Shown here in pieces: positions 57,106 to 64,000 of a stretch of 64,000 nt of DNA. Source of the stretch: the human T2T-CHM13v2.0 reference genome, Homo sapiens. How positions within the stretch are numbered: the first letter of the stretch is position 1; the number at the start of each line of letters is the position of its first letter. The stretch is taken from assembly GCF_009914755.1 (NCBI RefSeq), contig NC_060947.1; one strand, 5' to 3'. The position numbers and the translations under genes are program-made. The notes beneath the pieces are model-generated. The model was not told the DNA's origin. It did not search any database and saw only the letters and a program-made list of their open reading frames with translations.

Positions 57106-58804
57106 GCTATTATCCTTATCTCAAACAGAACTGGCGCTTGGCATTTCTTACTTAGAGATTACTTTCGATGGTTTTGGAGTGAGGGGAGAGATGAGACTTA
57201 CCAAGAATCAGAAAAGCCTGTGAGGTCATGAAGAGAAATAGCATTTTCTTTTCCCAGCCTTCATGTCCTCATTCTACTCTTTACCTCACACTATGTTTAT
57301 GACATTAAACTGACATGGTTGAAAGTCAGAAGGTACATCAACACTGTGTTCTATAAGAACTGATCTTTTGATAAAGTTTGTGCATAAATTGTTGACATTG
57401 TGACAAATGTAAAAGCCTGTCTCAGCCAAAAACCCCATCCCAGGTAGTTTAACATATTCCTTATAATTATTATACATTTATCCCCAAGAACTGATAATGC
57501 CAAGGGCTGAGAGCCTGGGAAACTTGGACATAACCTGCTCCAAGCTCAATTCCAGTTATCCTTAAAAGAGGGGTGTGGTAATGTTGTCCCAGAGTGACAG
57601 CTTCAGCCAGTTTCCTGTCCCACTCTTCTGCCCCAGAGTTTCTTTCTTGTGGTGAAGAGAAGGAGGAAGACAGCAGGATGTTGGTGGAAACCCTGCTGGC
57701 TGAAGTGGACAGAATGGTGTTCAGACACTGTTCATCTCCAAACCTTCTGCTTTACTTTTATGACAACATTCCCATGGGTAAGGCACTCTGGCCATCTGGC
57801 ACACTGATCCCCCATCTCCTGCACCCCAGACTGCTTCAGGACCTTTGTTTTGAGTTCTTGGACTGCTCGGTGAACAGGACCAGGAGGGGACATAAATTTT
57901 GGATTGTTAGTACCAGCTAACTAAGTGACCATGTCATTTCCTCTTGTTGGGCTTCAGTTTGGGAGTAGGGGTAGGCAAGATACCAAGGGAATTCTATGAT
58001 CTCATGGGAACCCAAGAACCCAGTGGTGCAAATAATGTAATCATTTGAAAAAAAAGTTTGAAAACAAGTATTGAGAAACTACCATGTTGGTCAATTTCAA
58101 TTTAAATGGCTGCCTCAGAATAATGTGGATAAAATGCACAGCATTGACTTTACCTGGGTTCTCTGAGCCCTAACATTCTTAATTTAGACAACACATTGCT
58201 ATTGTTCTTGAGAAATACTAGATTATAAAAAAATTCAAATTCAATGAAAAAAATAAATAATTTAAAACATATTTTATATTGTTCCCAGTAACTTCTTCAT
58301 TTTCTGATTAAAAACTATTACCCTTGAGAGATTATATTTCTCCTCACTGATGATTTGAAGGAGTTATTTGGCTTATTTTTTGGTCAGAGTTGCTGTAATG
58401 TTGAACTTTTTTGTGGGGCAAAGGGTGCGTCTAAAAACTTCCAAAAGTTGTTTACTAGGCATTTTTGTTTGATCAAAGTATTAAGAAATCACAATAATGG
58501 ATGATAAAAATCTTAGTTTAAAAGCAATGGACCACCTGCACACGTCAGCTGTGGTGAATGTCAAATGACTGCCCCATGTGAGAATAAGCATAAGAAGCCT
58601 AACCAGAGGTCTGGAACCTGTAGCATCTGTTTTAAGTTTCCTTCCTGGACTTAGACCCTACGTGGTATAACAGACAACCCTTATGTAGATCCTTTCAGCT
58701 TCATCTATCTCCAGGGCCACCTATTCTGCCCTAGTCACTCAGTGTTGATGGACTTCATGGGAGACCCTTACCACCAGGAATCTCTGGCTTCTTCCACCAC
58801 TTTT

Positions 58805-59107
58805 TTTTTTCTTTTTTTTTTTTATTATACTTTAAGTTTTAGGGTACATGTGCACATTGTGCAGGTTAGTTACATATGTATACATGTGCCATGCTGGTGC
58901 GCTGCACCCACTAATTCGTCATCTAGCATTAGGTATATCTCCCAATGCTATCCCTCCCCCGTCCCCCCACCCCACAACAGTCCCCAGAGTGTGATATTCC
59001 CCTTCCTGTGTCCATGTGATCTCATTGTTCAATTCCCACCTATGAGTGAGAATATGCGGTGTTTGGTTTTTTGTTCTTGCGTTTTCAGGACATAGGCATG
59101 GGCAAGG
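58805..59107 (-). mobile_element. Young short L1PA2-like insertion with 5' inversion
   Basis: Near-consensus young 3'UTR (GCATTGGGAGATATACC, CACAATGTGCAC, GGGGAATATCAC) without the Ta ACA/G diagnostics; 15-bp TSD TCTTCCACCACTTTT at 58790-58804 and 59108-59122; inverted ORF2 24-mer at 59084-59107. Confidence 0.93.
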
Positions 59108-59159
59108 TCTTCCACCACTTTTAGACTTAAATATGGCTTCACATAGTCATGCATAGGAT

Positions 59160-59549
59160 CTACGTTCCCCAGCTGTGGCTGAAGGGGCCTTGCGATGCAA
59201 CTCAGAACTGGGAGGCTGTTAATTCCCTATGAAATTAGGGTGTGAACTTTAACAAGTTGGGTTAGAAGATAAGAGAAAACTGGTTGATGAATTTCCAGTC
59301 TGGCACCCCATCACTCTGTTTAGAGATAGTAGCTTCATAAATCTCTCTAAACATCCAACATGAGTGAGCAATTGACTGTATTTTTACAAAGCTTTGGCTA
59401 GCTTGTTAATGCATGCTCTTACATTTGCTCTCCCTCCTTTCCTGTCTTACTCCTTCTTTTCCTTACAAGTGATTACCTTGAATTGCATACCCCTAAAAGT
59501 GTTAGCATGTACCTCAGACTCTGTTTTCTAGGCAACACAAGCTAAAACA
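59160..59549 (+). mobile_element. Old ERVL-type LTR
   Basis: Ends TACCTCAGACTCTGTTTTCTAGGCAACACAAGCTAAAACA, typical of ERVL LTR 3' ends; 5' boundary uncertain. Confidence 0.55.
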
Positions 59550-60609
59550 GATAAAATATTGGTGCAATTAGTAACATGATGAGTTGGTAGTTGAAGGGCT
59601 TTGAATATTGTGCTTGGGAATTTGGATTTGGGATTTATCCACATGTTGTGGATACCGAAGAGGGTTTTTAGATAGGGTTCCTGGCTGCAAGCAGCAGAAA
59701 CCAGCTCTGACTAAAGCAAAAAAGGAGATTTATTTGAGAAATATTATAGAAATCCTCAGGATGGAAGGTAGGACTTGGGAGGGATAGGTGTGAAGATAGT
59801 ACTGGAAAACTCGGTGGTGGAACTCCTGGGCCCTCTCTTTAAAAACTATCATCAAATCAACTTCCTGCAAATTAGAAGTGGACCAGGTATGAACCAATCA
59901 TTGTCAAGATTCGAGAGTGAAATAAAGGGGAAATGAAGTGTAAAAAGAAGATTGAAGATGTTGGAGAAAAGAGGAACTGGTGAAGGAGTTCTTCCTTAGG
60001 CAGTTGGGAGAGGTGGTAACTGAGACTGTGAAGCCTGTAGAAAGAAGTAGGATATGTTGTCTTCCTAAATAGGAGAGAAAGAAGATTATGATTTTAAACA
60101 CAAAAATTATCTGAGATGGTGAGAAGTAGTAGGTGAGGGAATGAAGTCTGGATAGAACTTCCCAGAGGATGAATTCACATTTGTTCATGTGCTCCCTCTG
60201 CAGTGTGATTATGTTATTTACTTCACTTCTGTGATTCAGTTTCTTCATATTTTAAAACAGGGTTTCAGACCCAAAAGTCCTTTTCTACCTAAATAAGCTA
60301 TAATTCTCTATCTCCTTTGGTGGTAGAAAGGGTGAAGAGTAGGTTGGGGGGACTCTTTGGTCTATCTTGGATAGATAGAGCTCTTTAGGTTTCTCCATTT
60401 GCACCAACATTTCTCAGACATTTTCCTCCAAAGTTATGCCATCTTAGACAATATTTGTGTAAATGGATGGATTAGGCTGTGATTCTTACATATCACCAAG
60501 AAGAGATATTTTCACTATCAAAGTCACTTGATTTCTCTTCAATTTGCCTCTCCCTACAGGAAGATGCTCTCCTGGTACCTGACCATCTTACCAAGGATGA
60601 AATACACTG

Positions 60610-60970
60610 ACGCATGGTATAGAAAGCTGGGAGATGTCATAGCAGAATACCTCCCCTTTGTATTGTCAGGATTAGCCATATGACTTGCCTTAACAATTAA
60701 TTGTTAGCAGAAATGATGTGAATCACCTTTGGCAGAAACTTTAGGAGCCCGTTTGAAGCTCTTTTTTCCTTCTGCCATGGTGACTGGAAACATTCTCCAA
60801 CAGTGGTTGCTCCTTCGGCCTGAGACTTAAAGTGACAATAATGGCAATGCAGGGAATAGCCCAAGCCAACCTTCTAGAATTGTTACAAAAGCGAGAAATC
60901 AACCTTTAGGCTACAAGGACTTGAGGATTGTTTATTAGTGTGGTGTTCCCTAGATTGTCCTAATTGACAC
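60610..60970 (+). mobile_element. MLT1 (H/J-like) LTR
   Basis: GCCATATGACTTGC..GCAGAAATGATGTG..TTTTTCCTTCTGCCATGGTGACTGG..GCGAGAAATCAACCTT. Confidence 0.7.
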
Positions 60971-62129
60971 AAGGCCTCAATACTCTTCTATTGAGTGTAG
61001 AATTGTTTAGGCCACCAAAAACCAAAGAAATGCTGGTAGTGCACACCCCCTTGACTTCTTTAATTGCAATATAGCATGATACAGTTACAAAAACTAATTA
61101 TGCCTTTAGCTTCATTTCTCCCTCCCCTTCCATTGTTCTTTTTCTGTCTTGCTACTGTTCCTCTTTATAATGTTGGGGGTGTTAAGACTCTTTCTTTTCT
61201 TTTGTAGGAAAGAAGTCACCCATGCTTGGCCCAAAGATCCACATATTATCTCTTTGATTGTAGGCATCGAGACATTTTTTAAGCACATATTATTCAACAA
61301 ATGATATTCTCAGTTTCAGTAGATAATAAAAAATAAAAAGCCCAATGTACATTCTATTCCTGTAGAAACAGACAACCAGTGATTTATTTTATCATAATAA
61401 AAAGTATTTATGCCATGACTCATATCTTTAATGCAGTGTCATTATTCTGTGGCTGTGCTAACTGTAGAGGAAGAGTTGTTTATAGTCACAGACAGAGCGT
61501 CAGACTGAGACCCAAGAGTTATTCCAAGAATGGTGACAAGAACAGAGTGTGTTAGAAGGAGCTGCCCAGCTGAGAGGAGGATTGTGTGAAGTAGAAGTAA
61601 CCTAAATATTCTATTATCTTCTGTGCTTTTCTTCTCTCCAGGGAGAATTTCTTTGTTCTGATCTTTATTGGAGCCCCTAGTTCCTTCACATTCCATTCTT
61701 TAATGATGATTTTTTTGAACATCCAAGTTCGTAATGGAATCTCTCTCCACAAATTTCGCTGGGATTTCCACAGAAAAAGGTGTACACATAGCTAGCTTAA
61801 GAATACATGCGCCAGTATGGGCTGGTCCAGACCAATCACAGAGCGCTAGTGCACAGTGTATAGTCAGACCATTTAACTAATACTAACAAAGCCTTCTTTT
61901 TCTCTTTTCCTGAGACAGAACAATTATAACTCTGGGATAATGCTAGGGAACTTGATTTTCTTTTAGAAAGTTATACTTTTTCAAATGATAACATAAGGAA
62001 ACACCCATATACTCATGTTCCAGATTTAAAAACTCTTAATAATTTTTATATTTCCTTGTAGCCTTTGTGTGTATGCTTTTTTAAAAAAAGACCACAAGTT
62101 ATATAGATGTATTCTTTTTTCAGGTTTAA

Positions 62130-63220
62130 AGGTTTTTTTAACTTTTATTTTGGGTTCAGGGATACATGTGCAAGTTTGTTATATAGGTAAATTGCATGTT
62201 GTGGGAGTTTGGTGTATTGATTATTTCATCACCCAGCTAATAAGCATAGTACTCAATAGGTAGTTTTTTGATCCTCACCCTGCTGCCACCCTCCACACAC
62301 CCTCCACCCTCCACCCTCAAGTTGGCCCCAGTGTCTGTTGCTCCCTTCTTTGTGTCCTTATGTACTCAATGTTTGGCTCCCACTTGTAAGTGAGAATATA
62401 CAGTATTTGTTTTTCTGTTCCTGTGTTAGTCCACTTAGGATAATGGCCTCCAGCTCCATCCATGCTCCTGCAAAGGACATGATCTCATTTTGTTTACGGC
62501 TGCATAGTATTCCATGGTGTATATGTACCACATTTTCTTTATCCAGTCTACCATAGATGGGCATTTAGGTTGATTCCATGTCTTTGGTATTGTGAGTAGA
62601 GCTGCAATGAACATACACCTGCCTGTGTCTTTATGATGGAATGATATATAGTCCTTTGGGCATATACCCATTAATGGGATTGCTGAGTCTAATGGTAGCT
62701 CAATTTTAAGCTCTTTGAGAAATCTCCAGATGGCTTTCCACAATGGTTGAACTAATTTACACTCTCTCCAACAGTATGTAAGTGTTTCCTTTTTTCCGTA
62801 GCCTCACTGCCATCTGTTGTTTTTTGACCTTTTAATAGTAGCCATGCAGACGGGTGTGAGATGCTATCTTATTGTGATTTTGATTTGCATTTCTCTAATG
62901 ATCATTGATACTGAGCTTTTTTTTATATGCTTGTTGGTTACATGTATTCCTTCTTTTAAAAACTGTCTGTTCATGTCCTCTGCCCACTTTTTAATGCGGC
63001 TGTTTGTTTTTCTCTCGTAAATTTAAGTTCCTTATAGATTCTGGACATTAGACTTTTGTCAGATGCATAGTTTGCAAAAATTTTCTCCCATTCTGCATGT
63101 TTACTCTTTTGATAGTTTCTTTTGCTGTGCATAAGGTCTTTAGTTTAATTAGGTCGTATTTCTCAATTTTAGTTTTTATTACAGTTGCTTTTGGTGTTTT
63201 CATCATGAAGTCTTTGCCAG
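62130..63220 (-). mobile_element. 5'-truncated L1PA15/16-like 3' portion
   Basis: ORF2 C-terminus (WKAIWRFLKELK, KTWNQPKCPS) and 3'UTR on the minus strand. Confidence 0.92.
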
Positions 63221-63239
63221 TTTTTTTTTTAATATATAA

Positions 63240-64000
63240 GATGTAATACTCCTCTTTGACTGTATTTCCAGACCATTGCTCTCTCCCTGTTCCTCAGAGA
63301 CAACCACTATGATGGGTTTGATATTCATCCTTTTAATACTTTTACATATAGCAATAGAAATTTAGAAACAAGATATAATATTTCTAAGTTTTGAAAAACT
63401 ATATGTATGGAATTGTTCCATGCATTTCATTCTGCAATTTGTTTGTTTTTTAAATTTAACGTTGTTTTAGGGCTATTCTTACTGATTGATATAGCTCTGA
63501 TCTCTTTCTTTTAGCTGGATAGCAATCCATTTCATTAAAATTCCGTATTTTATCTATTCCTTTAATGATGGATGTTTGGATTATTCTTAATTTTTTTTTT
63601 TTGCTATTCCTGACAATGCTGTAATAAACATCCATTTATGTGTCTTCTTGTATACATAGTCAAATATTTCTCTAGGGTGTACACCCAGAAGGGGAAATGT
63701 TAGGTTGTAGGTTTGACATCTTTCTCATTTTACTAAATACTGTTACATTCCTCTCCCAAGTGGCTGTTTCAATTTACACACCGAAAAGCATGGTATGAGA
63801 TTATCTGTTTATTCATCCTCCTTCTCTATACTGATGATTGTCACACTTTTTAATTATGGTTAGTCTGATGAGTAAAAGATGCTCTCTCATTGTAGTTTTA
63901 ATTTACATTTCCCTGATTACTGGTGAGATTGAATTTCTTTTCATATGTTTATTGACCATTTATGTTTCCTCTGGATCCATTATATGCTTACATTATCTCT
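63240..64000 (-). mobile_element. Old L1M (ME-like) 3' region
   Basis: Degenerate antisense L1 (GATGGATGTTTGG..GCTATT..AATGCTGTAATAAACATCC; TTTAATTTACATTTCCCTGATTACT); probably continues 61960-62120. Confidence 0.75.

Overview
Primate (human-like) non-coding DNA, mostly transposable-element fossils. It holds a full-length but dead L1PA7/8-type LINE-1 with a 15-bp TSD nested in an older L1M, a second L1PA7/8-type copy in the opposite orientation, a complete MSTA MaLR provirus (LTR-int-LTR), many solo MaLR/ERVL/ERV1 LTRs, Alus, L2/MIR/MER5 relics and microsatellites. No host protein-coding, rRNA or tRNA gene is recognisable; every long ORF is L1- or MaLR-derived. The most unusual signals are rearrangement and retrotransposition scars: (1) a ~285-bp copy of DNA from 6.6 kb downstream patched into an internal L1 deletion; (2) two inverted L1PA copies ~40 kb apart sharing the same stop codon and frameshift; (3) a young L1PA2-like insertion with a 24-nt inverted 5' piece; (4) a tailless 3'-truncated Alu with a TSD. 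Unique-looking sequence carries a perfect RFX X-box palindrome and several well-formed plus-strand candidate exons. I did not find evidence for a new biological system. Subfamily names are from recalled consensus features, not a database search, and boundaries of old elements are approximate.
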